NCBI GenBank assembly: GCA_905178155.1
Contig: CAJINV010000001.1
Location: 7,741,123-7,805,122 of the forward strand
Reading direction: 5' to 3'
From: Amoebophrya sp. A120
Lineage: Eukaryota; Protista; Dinoflagellata
Length of the DNA: 64,000 nucleotides
Shown here: positions 24,440 through 37,000 of the stretch, one piece after another
How the letters are laid out: every line of letters starts with the position of its first letter
Numbering within the stretch: position 1 is the stretch's first letter
Made by a program: the position numbers and the translations under genes
The notes under the pieces: model-generated
The model's database searches: none
The model's input: the letters and a program-made list of their open reading frames with translations, nothing else
What the model was told of the DNA's origin: nothing

Positions 24440-27400
24440 TCATATTCCGCCATCTTCCTCGGAAGACGATTCCTCAAGCGCTTTCAAGTATTGTTCCAGT
24501 CTATTCCGGTCTAGGACATCCTGCTCTTCTCTCGTTCGCATGGCGGTATTTGGTTTCTCTCTCTGCAGGTTCGAGCCAGATGCGCCAACCCTGCTGCGCT
24601 GATCGCGAAGATCAGTCTTCCCTGCTACTTTTTCAACATCAGCGTTCGGATGATTATTACGACCTGTCGCGCTTGCGTTGCCGCTGTTCCTTGGACTGCC
24701 CGTGAACACTAGGAAATTTTCGTAAATGCCATCGTCCTCGGCTGCTTCGTCCTCGCTGTCGTCGATATCTAGTCTCCTCTCAAGCGGAAGGGGTTTTGTG
24801 TTAGTACTTTGCGCCGGCAAGGCTTCTGCCTGTTTCTTCCCGGCAGGAATTCCGATCGACAGCACGCCATGCGCGTAAGACCGTGTCTGTATTTGGGCTC
24901 CTCCTGCTTGTTGAGGTTTTTTGTTCTGAGCGACACTTTTGATGTTCTGCAGTTGTGATGATGCAGAAGCAGAAGTGCTCGTACCTCCAGTGCCGACGCC
25001 GGCCTGACCTCCTGCAGCATTTGTTTGTCGTTCCTCCGCTGGCGGTTCTGTTGGTCGCAAGGAGAAATCGCGCAGCTCCAAGGAAAAATTATTTTTCGCT
25101 GTTCGATACTGCTTTTGCTGTTGCTCCTCTTCCGTTTGTTCCGTACTATGCGAAACACCATTCTCTTCCACCTCCTCGTCCACGAAGACACCTTCATCGG
25201 CCTCCCGACCTTCATCCTCTGACACCTGCTGGCTCGTAAAGTCAGAGGACTGCCGTGTTCTATTTCTGTTGGTGCTATTTGCTATGTCCCTCCCACCCAA
25301 GTCCGTGTTCCAGAGCATGGCCCCGCAGAGGAGGAGCATGCAAGTTATCAGCGCAAATCCGACCCGGACCGGAATGTCCACCGCCAGGGAAGCGACGACG
25401 ATGAAATTAAGCGGGACACGGAAAAAGTTGTACAACATCGCGCGGTTCCGCTCTGGCACCAGCCGGCTCTTCAACAAACCGAAGGTTGGAAAGTAAAGCC
25501 CGAGACTGAATTCGAACCCGAGGAAGGCAAACAGCAACACAATGGTGGAACTCGTGACAACGACCAAAGCGTTGGAAATTACCGCAACTGTAACGGTGAG
25601 CGCCGCGAGTTGCTTTTCCGACCAAGCGCTGGAACTACGTTGGAGCAGGCAGGAGGAAACAAATTTCGCAAAAGCAGACTTCGTTCCCGGCGGCACGCGG
25701 TGATTTGCTCGGGCGGTAAAATTGTCTTCGTTTTGGGAGGAAGAGAGAAGTGAAAACATGCAGGAGCCGCACATGCAGGCCAGCATGAATAACGCGAAGA
25801 TCAATCCGTAGGGCGCTTTTTTCGCAGACGGAATCACGTCGTGTATGGCCGGCGTCCAGAGAAAAACGAAGATAAACATAGAGCTCTCAAACAGCGCGCA
25901 CATCCATCCCAGTTTTTGCACTTGGGGGCTGGTCCGTAGAACGTGAAAAGCGGCAGCTATTTCGTTGTCGGACAGTGCTTCAGATCGAGGCTTTTGGAGT
26001 GATTTTTTCTCTGTGTTGAATGGCGGCGCTCTTAATATTTCCTCCTGAACCATATCGCTGGAGTCGTACTTTCTTCGCTGTTCACTGTCAACCACTTCCG
26101 TGGAGCTCGTGGTCTCGTTGTGGTCTTGGCTGGCAGAGGTGGGAGACAGCTGTCTTCCTTTGTTTGACGCACTTCTACCCTGCTTTACGCCGCTACTGGG
26201 CCGCAATACTGGCGGTAGAGCTAGCCCGAGTGGCGACAACACGACTTCACTGGGGGACATGATGATCACCGGCGCGGCAGGGGTTTTATCCGCGCTCGTA
26301 CCCGTTGGACTGCTGTCTTCTTCCTTTCCATTCTCGTCCATGTCTATCTCAAACGCGTGCTCGTGCTCGCCATCGAGTTCTTGCAAGCGTGGGCTCTTTA
26401 CATTGGAAAGCTCAACTTCTTCAGTATCTGCTATTTTTCCTGTGCTTCCGCTTTCCTCGATACTGCCAGCTGTAGTTCCTGTGGACCCGTAATTTTCCTG
26501 CCACTTGAAATGGATGAAGACCCCGCAGCAAGCCAGCACCGCCGCCGCCACATCGAACGGACCGAGAAACTTTCCTACGTAAAAATACGCGTCACTGGTT
26601 ACCGTTGTCGCACCTCCACCTCCTGTACTACCCGACAATGGCGCCGCAGCAAGCAAAGAAATATTGCTCGACTGCTGTTCATGATCCCACGATTGCAGCC
26701 CAAGCACTGGGAAAACCCGGCGAAACTCGCCTCCACCCTCGCTCACTAGCTGGGCGATAAATCCGGCCAAAATTGCACAAATGCTGTTCCCGAAGATTGC
26801 CGCGGAGAAGAGCTCGGAGAGCTGTGCCTCTGATGACAATTTCGCTGCACCTGTATTTCCCGATCCCGTCAAAGAACTTGACGACGACATGACTTCGCAT
26901 ACCACCCAAGACTCAAACACGGAGAACAACAAACTGGTCGCAATCCCCGCCAAAATTCGCCCGAGGCACAGAAAGTAGAAGTGGTTCACGTGTTTTGTGA
27001 AGCAACTGAGCGTGTAAACGACGCAGTAGAAGATGCAGAACTTCTTCCGCCCGAATTTATCCGCGTACCCGGCGAGAAACGTGCCAAACACCATCGAGCT
27101 ACCGAAACCGAAGATGAAGAGTATCCCGTTTTGCGCCTTGGAAAAGCCGTATGCGTCGTAGAGCGCATAGACATACGGCCCTTGCAGCCAGTCCGCGAAC
27201 ATCGCAAGCAGGTAGGCGATCAGGTAGTTGCGTTTGGTTTTTCTAAACCCGCTGGTTTCATCTTCAGAAGACGCTCCACCGGCACCTCCCTGCGATTGCA
27301 GATGCTGCTCCAATGCCGTTGTTCCATTTTGATGCATATTCGCACTTATTTCAAGATGATCGTCCCCAGGCAAAGGCAGTGGTGCGTAGTCATGACTTTT

Positions 27401-27589
27401 GCCCTTCTTCCGCAGTCGCTCCACGAAAAGCAACAGTGCAGCAAACGCACCGGTCACCACGAGACCGAGGTTGACAGCGAAGCGCAAAGACGCGTCGCCG
27501 TCGAACGCGTGTTCCATTTCGGGATCGGGAGGAGCCGTCGGAAACCCGTAATCAGTCACGCTCACCTCTTGAAAGTTGAACGAACTCAT
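24440..27589 (-). CDS. MFSD5: MFS_5 family transporter (MFSD5/MOT2 molybdate-anion transporter-like), intronless, with long insertions
   Basis: YLLAMFADWLQGPYVYALY, GFGSSMVFG, ADKFGRKK, IATSLLFSVFESW, LFESSMFIFVFLWTP and RAMLYNFFRVPLN are MFSD5/MOT2 signature segments. Confidence 0.88.
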   Translation of the reverse strand: MSSFNFQEVSVTDYGFPTAPPDPEMEHAFDGDASLRFAVNLGLVVTGAFAALLLFVERLRKKGKSHDYAPLPLPGDDHLEISANMHQNGTTALEQHLQSQGGAGGASSEDETSGFRKTKRNYLIAYLLAMFADWLQGPYVYALYDAYGFSKAQNGILFIFGFGSSMVFGTFLAGYADKFGRKKFCIFYCVVYTLSCFTKHVNHFYFLCLGRILAGIATSLLFSVFESWVVCEVMSSSSSLTGSGNTGAAKLSSEAQLSELFSAAIFGNSICAILAGFIAQLVSEGGGEFRRVFPVLGLQSWDHEQQSSNISLLAAAPLSGSTGGGGATTVTSDAYFYVGKFLGPFDVAAAVLACCGVFIHFKWQENYGSTGTTAGSIEESGSTGKIADTEEVELSNVKSPRLQELDGEHEHAFEIDMDENGKEEDSSPTGTSADKTPAAPVIIMSPSEVVLSPLGLALPPVLRPSSGVKQGRSASNKGRQLSPTSASQDHNETTSSTEVVDSEQRRKYDSSDMVQEEILRAPPFNTEKKSLQKPRSEALSDNEIAAAFHVLRTSPQVQKLGWMCALFESSMFIFVFLWTPAIHDVIPSAKKAPYGLIFALFMLACMCGSCMFSLLSSSQNEDNFTARANHRVPPGTKSAFAKFVSSCLLQRSSSAWSEKQLAALTVTVAVISNALVVVTSSTIVLLFAFLGFEFSLGLYFPTFGLLKSRLVPERNRAMLYNFFRVPLNFIVVASLAVDIPVRVGFALITCMLLLCGAMLWNTDLGGRDIANSTNRNRTRQSSDFTSQQVSEDEGREADEGVFVDEEVEENGVSHSTEQTEEEQQQKQYRTAKNNFSLELRDFSLRPTEPPAEERQTNAAGGQAGVGTGGTSTSASASSQLQNIKSVAQNKKPQQAGGAQIQTRSYAHGVLSIGIPAGKKQAEALPAQSTNTKPLPLERRLDIDDSEDEAAEDDGIYENFLVFTGSPRNSGNASATGRNNHPNADVEKVAGKTDLRDQRSRVGASGSNLQREKPNTAMRTREEQDVLDRNRLEQYLKALEESSSEEDGGI

Positions 27590-28128
27590 CTTGATGTTTT
27601 CCTGCAAGTGCTAATCAACAAGCTCAAAAGTAGAATCAACGTGCAGAACTCAAACTGCGCGCCGGCATGTGCTTTTGCTACAACCCTCTCTTGCTTTATG
27701 CCTGAATATTTTGAAAGGGTAGCAGCACCCTTTTTCACACCTTGCGAAAAACGGAAATGAATCGTGAACATCACAAACGGGACTCCCTTCCTGAAAAAAT
27801 TTGGCACATGTTCAGGGACGGCCTGGCATATGTCGTCAGCACGACCTCGCTACCCTTCAGATAATTTCCATTTCCTCTCTCTTTTCTTTTTGCTGCTTTC
27901 CTGTTTTGCGTTTTAGACTTTTGCACAGACAATTCATTGATGGTTTACGTTTGGATATTGCAAACAAGTATCAAATTTTGTTACATTTCAAGGGTGCAGT
28001 TTCACTCCGCATTTTAGATGACAAACTTTCCTTCGAATCAATAGGTTCATATTCTACAGCTTTATTCTTGTGTTCTCTACCTCAGAAACTTGAAAGAGGA
28101 GCCTTGTGCTCTGATTCAAAGAAGTCCA

Positions 28129-31100
28129 TCACATGGTCGCCGCGCCGGCCGGCTTGTCTTCCGGCAGGTCCCGAACTTCTTCCGGCTCCGCGGATAAGGC
28201 GAGCTTGCAATGGAAGTCCGCCTCTCCCTGTCTCCGCTGGCAGAGCTCCATCCGGTCTTCTTGGATCGTGACGCCGTGAAGGAGCAAGCCCTCGCCGTAC
28301 TTCATTATGGATTGCAAAAATGTCTTGGTCTGGAAACTTGTAATGCTAAAAGTGAATGGGAGACGCACTGCAATACGCAGCGATGCATGACAAATTTTTT
28401 GGCTCCCATGTCTTACGTATTCCGCATGGCAAACTGCGTTTTTGCATGACAGGGAAGAGGGCCTCTTCATGCCTATGCAACACAGATTCTCGAGTCATGC
28501 CAGACAAACTTGCATTCTTCCAGGCCCAGACATTTTTACATTTGATATTCATCCTGAAATAGCCATTGTCGCCCCACTTCGGGCCCCAGGAATTCTTGAT
28601 CCACCAGTAAAGCGTGCCCGTATTTTCATCGCGTTTCAGCCCAACCACCTGGACGTAGTGATCCCCGGTGAGGTGTACCGTGCCGGTTAAACTGTAGGAG
28701 GGGAAATCCTCCTTCGAGATGATGTGCTTCTTGTACCGCGGCCCCCAGGCGAATTTCTTCAGCCCTGAGGCGTCCACGAGACCAACGACCGGCATCTTCT
28801 GGAGTTGCGCTCGGATCTCCAACTCCGTCCCGTGCCAGCGAAGCAGGTCCTTTCCGACGATCATTTCGGTCAACCGTAGCGGATTCGCCAACTCCTTGGA
28901 CTCAGTTGGGGTGATGAAAGTCGGTGGGGGCGTGTACGAGCCGACGGGTAGCATGTTCATCGCGGAGGGCGTCGTAGGCACTACTGATGTAGTCGAAGGC
29001 ACTGTCGATATTAACTGGACCGCCGTGGGCGCGCCAGTTTCGCCAGAACTGCTGCTGCTTGTTTCTTTTTCCACTGTAGACGCAGCGGCGCTGCGTGACG
29101 ACATGGACATGTTCCTCTGTAAACCTAAACTTCTGCTTTTGCCACCGGTCGTGAGGGTCGAAACCTTGTTTTTCGCTCTGGTCCTCTCGTTGCCACCACC
29201 GCCAGGGTCATGCTGTTCCTGTTCGTGTCGTGCAGCACCGCTGGCCATACTGATTTCTTCTTCCTGAATGAGCTCCTCCGCGAGCGCGAGGTCTTCTTTT
29301 GCTTTGGAAACTTTTTTTAGAAAGGGCTGCTCTTGTTCTATTACAGCTTCGTCTGCCTGAATAATTTCCTTCTCGAAGGACGAAGGTGAGACAACATCAG
29401 CCGGCTCGCTTTTTCCGATGAGCCAGGCCTTATTATCGGGCTCGATCTCCTCGTTCCAGGGAGTGTTGACTTTGTCTTCCCCCTTCATGACCCCGCCGAA
29501 GGCCTGGTTGGGGTCTTGCACCTTCTGCAGGACATTTTTCATGTAAACGTCATCGTAGGCGTGACGATGGCCTTTCGGAGGACGAATCCGGACTACTTCT
29601 TCGACAACCGGAGGCAGGTCGTCTCCCGACGCTCTGGAGAAAGATTCCTCAGTAACTTCTTGCAATGCTTGTTCTCTTCCTCGCAAATTTACCACGCGCG
29701 GGGGCTCTGCTGCTACTCCGGCAGCCGCGTCAAGAGCGCCATCGACTGAAGAAAAATTTTTGCTGTCTGCATCACTCGCAGCAGACTTCTCCAGGATGAA
29801 AGTCCTCTTGTGCTGGCAATAGTCTCTACGATCCCCGTCTGGCCGCGCGCCGACAGGTGGATGTTTCGTTGGATCACGGTACCTGAAAGGAACATCCTGC
29901 TGCCGGTCATCGTAGGTATCGGATGGGTAGACCACATCCCGTGGCGGTTCACCCGGCCACTGCAGTTGCGGCTCAGATGTCAGCAACCTGATAGGATATT
30001 CCATAAGGATTTTGAATAAGTAAGCGGTTTCCAACATCTGCTCACCCAGACTGCACTTGGAATAATCTTGATGAGGTGAAACTTCGGCGCAAAGTACTTA
30101 AACAGATCATACCGGATCCCGTTCTGCACCATGTAAGCGTAGACCCAGGTCTGAATGTTTCCGTCTGTGCAGAGTCGCTCGACCGGCAAATCCTTCGCAG
30201 CCACGGCCTCGATCGGAATGCCGTTAAACTTGTTCCGGTCCATCCTCTCCTCGCGACTGGTACAGGAAATGACCTCCCCCAAATCCACCCTCCGCAGCGT
30301 CCCGTCCTTTGAACTAAGCGCCAGTTGCGCCTCAATCTGCGCGCTCGTCGCGTAGGCCCAGCAGGTGCCGCAGGTCACAGTGGAGGACCAGAAACCCTGA
30401 TGCTGCACCGCGGAGATCACGTTCAAGCCTGCCCGGGTCCAGTCCGTGCAAGTCTGGTCCAGCTTGTCGTACCAGGGGTTCCCCTTTGGGTTCGTCTTCA
30501 GCGTCTCCGGACCTTTGCACTTGAAATTTGCACGATCTTCCAACTTCGTCGGAAATTGGCGCCCGTCCTCCTTCAAAAGCTTGGCGCTGTTCACGATCTC
30601 CGGGTCCAGGTCTGGCAGCTCCGAGGCGGCGGGGAGCACAGTATTCTTCCTGCGGTCGAGGAACCGCGGATTATTTTCGCGGGGTGAACTACCAACATGG
30701 CCGTTGGTCTGCTCGGTACGATCTTCGTTACTGAACGGGCTAGCAGTGGCGTCAAGAGAGGCAACGTCCTGTCGTGCCACTGAGTCATCGCGTTCGCGTC
30801 GCTCCTCTACACCCTCCGGATAGGTCAATTTTGACCAGCTCGAGTTGGGCGTGGCTGCCCGGTGCCGCCAGGCGTGAAGCCGGTCCTCTAGCGTCGGACG
30901 CGGAATGCGGTGCATCCCCACATGACCACTGTAGCCCGTGTCCTGTTGGTTGTTTTCCCCTCGCGTGAAAAGATGGCACCCGAATATGAGAGCAAGCGTG
31001 GACACTGCGCCGAAAGTCAACGCACCCGGGCGCTTCCTGCACGGTTTCCTGTTCTTCTGCGCTTCGCTGAAATCTCTTTCCAGAGAGAGAACAGAGGTCG

Positions 31101-32007
31101 CCTTGGAAATCGACCGCTCCTCTGGCTTTTCAATTTCCGGAGGGGCGACGGAGTCGTGGAAAAGTAAAGCGCGTCTAGAATCAGAAAGCTTGTCTCTCTT
31201 TTCCTCACTCGTAGTTATTCCCGAGCCGGTTGATAGATTTTCTTTGCTACTGCGCAACCAGGCACTCATCCCACCCTTTTGCCTGCTCGTCATGGTCGTA
31301 AGTGCCGGCGTCGTCCCTGGGCGACTCGGATGTGGTCCTCCTCCTTTCCCTAAACCAATACTGCCGTCCACATCTTCCTCAACGCGCCAATAGTGGCTGG
31401 CGTCGACGTCCTCATCGTCACTTTGTTCGTTGTCGGAGTCGTGCACGACGGCTAACTGATTCGAGGAACCAAACGTTTGTTGTACCCAGGTCTTCAAACT
31501 TCCGGTCGATTTGGACAGCTTGTCGTGCGAGCTCGTCAGCGCAGATCTTTGATGGAGATTCAATTCCCTCGCGGTCGGGGACGATCGCTGCTGCAACTCC
31601 TGCAAGTTTGGCGTGCTCGCAGCCAACGCCGGGTTGGCCGTCCGCCGCTGCTTCAGCTGTGAGTGCTGGTGCCTTTTGTTAGGCGACGAGGACGTCGACG
31701 CACCTCCAATCGACAGCAAGGACGGCATGGACGATGACAAGCGGTCGTCGTGAAGATTCTGCGACGAGGAGAAACCGCCTCGACTGCTGGTGATGTCAAG
31801 CAGAAGGTCCGACTGGTCGTGCTCCCTGCTGATGTTCTCTTCCGCATGGTCTTGCTGTGGCTGTTGTGCCGCACGCCGAAAGCTCCCTCCAGGGTATGAG
31901 ACGTCTGTTTCTTCCCGAGTGGCCGTGTCGACCGTCCAATCGTCATACTCGCCCGCGCCACGGCTGCTAGCAAACCAATGAAAACAAAACAACAATCGCA
32001 CGATCAT
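28129..32007 (-). CDS. Papain-family (C1A) cysteine protease with very long pro-region and large in-domain insertion
   Basis: QHQG...CGTCWAYA (Gln/Cys), GDHYVQVVG (His), YWWIKNSWGPKWGDNGYFRM (Asn). GT-AG intron from 30112 to 30051 or 29988. TIR element at 28306-28547. Confidence 0.85.
28306..28547. mobile_element. Introner-like TIR element, class A (242 bp, TSD TTCAT)
   Basis: Class A TIRs. TTCAT at 28301-28305 and 28548-28552. Excision gives GYFRM|KYGEGLL. No register gives a GT start or an AG end. Confidence 0.92.
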
Positions 32008-32330
32008 CTTGCTGTGAATCAAGTACTACTGGCGGACCCCTTGTTCCAGTTCTTCTCTCGCTCTTGACTCTGATCGGCGATCCTTAAGGCGCTTCACGCG
32101 CCACGAAGAAGGTCCTGATAATTCATCCTGTCTGCTTTATCAACGAGCGCGTAGTTCCTCGTTGTAACAAGAAACATTCTCTCTCGGTCACTTTGTTCAC
32201 AAGCGCAGCACAACACTCGTCACATGAAGAACCTTTTGACCTTGACATCCTTCATCATGTGACACGGTAATTGATCGTGATTCTCAAGCGGAATACACGA
32301 CACATGTACCTAATTGCCATGCTCCGCTGA

Positions 32331-33410
32331 TCACGACGCTGCTGGGTCAATCATCGGATCTGTTTCTCCGCAAATTAAGTGACGCTTCGGTAGCGGAATC
32401 AGTACGCTAGTATCCCTTTGGTACAACCTGTACATGTGTACTCGAGCTGGGGTCCAATTCGTGACCATTTTTTCCTCCGTCATCACCGTGACGATTGCTA
32501 GCACGATAGAATTCAACAAGGTTCCAACTGCCGTCCACCAGGCCCCAACGCCGATGGCGAACAGCGCTACGCTCCACCAAAACAGCTGCTCGCCGAAGTA
32601 GTTCGGGTGTCTACTGTACTTCCAGAGGCCGGTGTTCAAGAGGGGAATGACGTCTCTACCTTCCTTTCTTCTCGTCTCGTTTTCAAGCATGTAATCACGC
32701 AGCTGGTTGTCGGCGAAATGGGCGAAAGTTAGTCCTACTACGCAACCAGTGGTGGCAAGTGAATCGACAATCGTCCAAGTATCCGCACCATATTCTGAGT
32801 CGCTGCCTCCCCCTCCGCCGTAATTCGTATACTCCAGCGGCCAGGTAATGCCCACAAGCAATGGCTGCTGCGCAAGTCCGACGGCGAAAAAGCTCAACAC
32901 AGGCCAGCACGTCGGAAAATCCTTCTGCATCTTCGTGTAACGCCAGTCTTCGCGCTCCCCGAACTTCCAATTTTCTCTTCGGAAGTAATTGATCGTGAGC
33001 CGTACCGCCCAAACCCACACGAGGAGTAGAGAAACTGTTGCACGTGTGGGAACAGTTGGCTGGTCTTGGACTTGCGGCAACTCACGATAGAAGTGACCGA
33101 TTAATGGCGGCAGGATGGTCCAGTATGGGTCAATTAGCCACATGGACTTCTGGATCCATCCGATGACCCAGAATCCGACTGTCACGTTCACGAAGAAAAG
33201 CAGATTCACAGTAAAGAAAGGATGATCAACCAAAAGTGTGCACCACGAACCATCCTTGGCTGTCTCTGTGGCGCACGTACCAAACACGACAAAGATCACA
33301 AAGAAGACCGACGGAACCACAGCTGTCGCACACAGAAAACCATTGCACAGATTTTTGGAAGAGCAATGATCGTGCTCGGCGTAAGCGCCACGCCAGGTAT
33401 ACTCACACAT
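32331..33410 (-). CDS. DUF1295 family membrane protein (steroid 5-alpha-reductase-like)
   Basis: LIDPYWT, WAVRLT, GEREDWRY, ADNQL, GLWKYSRHPNYFGEQLFWW motifs and multiple TM segments. Start taken at first ATG (MCEYTW). Confidence 0.85.
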   Translation of the reverse strand: MCEYTWRGAYAEHDHCSSKNLCNGFLCATAVVPSVFFVIFVVFGTCATETAKDGSWCTLLVDHPFFTVNLLFFVNVTVGFWVIGWIQKSMWLIDPYWTILPPLIGHFYRELPQVQDQPTVPTRATVSLLLVWVWAVRLTINYFRRENWKFGEREDWRYTKMQKDFPTCWPVLSFFAVGLAQQPLLVGITWPLEYTNYGGGGGSDSEYGADTWTIVDSLATTGCVVGLTFAHFADNQLRDYMLENETRRKEGRDVIPLLNTGLWKYSRHPNYFGEQLFWWSVALFAIGVGAWWTAVGTLLNSIVLAIVTVMTEEKMVTNWTPARVHMYRLYQRDTSVLIPLPKRHLICGETDPMIDPAAS

Positions 33411-33794
33411 GCCTGAGACCTGTCTCCAATCTCCTAAAAGTGGGACCTGTCGCTCCATCCTAAGATCACAGACGAAAGTAGCTTTCAAAGGTCGGAGTAG
33501 GGCTTTAGGTTTTGCTTTTGGCTTGTATGACAGATACATCTCACGAGAAAACGAGAGACCCAACACTGCAGGCAACGAAACGGCTTTGCGTATGTGATTC
33601 AACACGCAGACACAGGACTAGACACCGCGAAGCGGACCTCCCTCTCCTTTTAAGATTGAAACTTTTTTTTCAACTCCTACATTTTTAAAACTGTGAAACG
33701 GAGGCATTCTGAAACGAAATGTTATTCAACGACCTGACAGCTCAGCCTTTGGCTCACTCCTCGGCACGCTGCGCATAGATTCAATCGTGCTTGA

Positions 33795-33930
33795 GTTAGA
33801 GTTATTGTATCAAATTGCTATTGCTAAGTTTTAGAGTTATTGTATCTATCACTATTCGCTTAAGTTTTAGAGTTATTGTATGTGCTAAGTTGAAAACAAA
33901 AAAAAAGAAATCATGCTAAGTTGAAAATAA
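33795..33930. repeat. Short degenerate AT-rich tandem repeats in an intergenic spacer
   Basis: TTAGAGTTATTGTAT three times (~36-bp spacing) followed by TGCTAAGTTGAAAA twice. Confidence 0.6.
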
Positions 33931-34087
33931 AAAAGGACTCACGAAACTATGCCGCAACGAAAACGAGCGAGCTCCAAGAGAGCCACCGAATCCGTCAAAA
34001 ACCAAAATTTTAAATTTGTTGTTCCAGAAAACTCGTACAGAAAAACGCAGGAGTCGAGAGTTTCTCTCTTCTATCGCACGCAGCTTA

Positions 34088-37000
34088 TTAATCGCCCTTC
34101 AGCATAACCAACGCCTGCTTCAAGGAGTCGATCTCTGCCTGTCTCTGCGCCATGCGCTCCTCGTGCGTCACTTCCCCCTTAGTACCACCAGCGGAAGCAG
34201 GGCACTGCGGTTTCAAGGCTTCATACTCGTCCTCAGCGGCCTTCAGCTGCTTGCTGGTGTTTTCCTGTGAGAAGGTTTCAATGTTGCGGTTTACTTTGTG
34301 TAAGCAGAGACATGGTAACGCATTTCTCTCCATCAGCAGAGCAGTGTCACAGGTTTCTAAATCAATTACAAATAGCACACGCTTCTTAGAGTTCAAAACA
34401 AAAACACAAATACCAAGTTCTCGGCAGCCGCGGTGGCAGCGGCCTTCGCTTCCGCTGCGTCTTTCTTTTGCAAGTCGGCGTCCGTGGTCTTCTTGGCGAG
34501 GGACACCTTCCCGTCGTTCATGTACTTCTTGTATTCCGCAGCGGCTTCCGCCTCTGCAGTTTCCGTCTCGGCCGCGTCCCGCGAGAAGTCCTGCTCGATG
34601 ACTTCCAAGATACCAAGCACGCCGGTGGCCTTGTCCTGCTGCCCACCGTAGCCCTTGCCTTCCGGCAAGGTTGCATAGTCGTCCGGAATAGCGGCGGGGT
34701 CCGCGAATTCCGGCGGACCCATGGCATCCCAGGCGGCGGACCCAGGCTTCGGGATCTGGACCTTCTTTTGCGACTTCTGCAGGAACATGGCCGGCATGGC
34801 AGCCCCGGCCTTCTCGTAGAAGGCACGGAGAACTTCCAGCGCCTGAGAAACCGCCTCGGAACCGTCCTTGGCCTCGGCGATCGCGGCCGTGTTGGCCTCC
34901 TTCTCGGCGTTACGGGCGCTCGTGGCATCAGCCATGGCGGTACGCAGGGCGGCGATCTGTTTAATCGGAGTTTTGGTTGTGAAACTACTTTCCCAGCGAT
35001 CTTGCACAAATCTGTAGACAATCACGGGCGGACAAATTACCCAAAGGAATGCTGACCAGGACCCGTGCAGCTGCAAGAAGAAAACTGTCACTTCCAAAAA
35101 AAATCAGTACCTCAGCCGTCAATTGCGTAAAGCTCTCGGTCAGCTTCTCGGCCAACGCGGACTGCTTGGCCTGCTCGGCAGCGTACTTGTCAGCAGCGGC
35201 TTTGTATGCAGTGCAAAAGCATCGTAGTCGTACATATAAATGCATGACAAATTTCCTCAGCATGAGAAATGAAATTTGTAATGCGGATTTAGGTTAATAA
35301 CAAAATTTGTAATGCATGTTTGCAATTACGAGTACGATACTTTTGCACAGGATACGTTGTACTTCTTCATCTTTTTCTTGGCCTTGCCGAAGTTCAGCTT
35401 GCAGAACGCCTCGAGCTTCGCGTCCGCGGCACCCTCCTCCATGAGCTTGTCGATCATGGTTTTGATCATGCCCTTGACCTTCACAAACGGGTCCTCAGCC
35501 AGCCGGTCGGCAACTTGGGCGAGAGAAGTGGAACGCAACTGCACGCTCGCGTGACGCAGGAACATGGAGATCTGGTTTAATTAAAGGGTTTTAGAATGTT
35601 TCGGCGTGCGAATCCCGTAAATCGAAGTTTTGTTGGGTCGTGAAGTAGGCAAAGTCTGAATCTAAAGACAACCTGCAAGAACATCGTTGCGCGCTTGTTG
35701 ATCTATGCAAATGCGAGAAATTTAAAGTCCTAAAAAAGCTAAAATTCACCTTCGCAGCCTCGCCCATGTCTTGCACTTGCGAGTCAGCGCTGTTCTTCAG
35801 TTGCACAAAGCTGGTTACCTTGACTTGCGCAAAGCTAATGCCGCCGAGAATTTCAATCGCCTTGTTATCAACTGTAAAAATGTCTGGGTCTGGAAACTTG
35901 TGATGCTAAGTGGCGTAGCATGAAGAGGCCACAAGTGCTGGCTCAGCATGACAAATTTCTGAGCTTGTAGGTGTTGCCTATTCTGCATGACAAATTGCGT
36001 CTCCGCATGACATAAAAATGCGGCTCTTGGGCAACGTGCATGACAGATTTAATAGTCATGCCAGACAAGCATGACAAACATGCATCCTTCCAGACCCAGA
36101 CATTTTTACATGTGATACTTGTCCAAAGCCTCCAACTCGTCGCCGCGGACTCTTTGTTTAGTTTTGTACTCCTTCGCTTCCGACGTGCAGGTCATGGCGG
36201 TGTCTTGCTTCTCAACCATGGTGTCCTTTAAATCATCTTTGCACACTATCCCACGAAAAAACTGTTTCACTGTGATGACTTTGCAACATCTGCATTACAA
36301 GTTTGCTACATATGACACTGAAAATTTGTCATGCGCGCTTCCCAAGGGAAAACACGCTTGCAAATTCAATGCCTTGCAGGTGTAGCAAGACAATGAGTTC
36401 TGCGTTCCATTTTCTGCATCACAAGTTCACAGCGAAACAGTTTTTTCTCACGATACACACCACCAAGAGCTCTTCGGCCTTTGCTTTGTCCGACTTTCTC
36501 GTCTGCAGGTTGATGCTCTGGTCCTCGGAGTCGGTCGTGGCAGAGGCGATGTCCTCCGTGAGGAGCTGAATCATGTTCTCGTAGTTGTGTCTGCGATTCA
36601 TCTCGGCCATTTCTGTGTCATGCACCTTCTGCCGGAACTCATCGAGGGACTTCTCGAGGATACCGAGAACGCCACTATAACCTGCTCAGGTGTTACAATC
36701 TCAAACGTTACAATAGAATCTGGAATTTGTGTTGCATGGAGAGCATGAGGAACGTGCAGAGTATTGCGCTTTTCGCAATACAAATTTCGGCAGATCCTAG
36801 TGCGGTTTGGCACTCCAGAACTTGTCATGCGCAAACCTATGCGAATTGGGTAGATCATGCACTTCTTGCATCACAAAATCCAGACTCTATTGTAACGTTT
36901 GAGATTGTAACTTTTGAGCGGGTCATAGCCACCGGTCTTTGCCTCGTACGCCTTGGCCTCGCCGGTTGGTGGGGCTGAGATAACGAAAGGTTCAAGTTGT

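Noticed and set aside
29980-30115. Apparent frameshift between protease ORFs 29980..32022 and 28346..30037
   Set aside because: A GT-AG intron starting at 30112 and ending at 30051 or 29988 joins the two frames.
33743-33757. Relic dinoflagellate spliced leader (CAGCCTTTGGCTCAC vs TAGCCATTTTGGCTCAAG)
   Set aside because: Short partial match on the strand opposite to all genes, consistent with chance.
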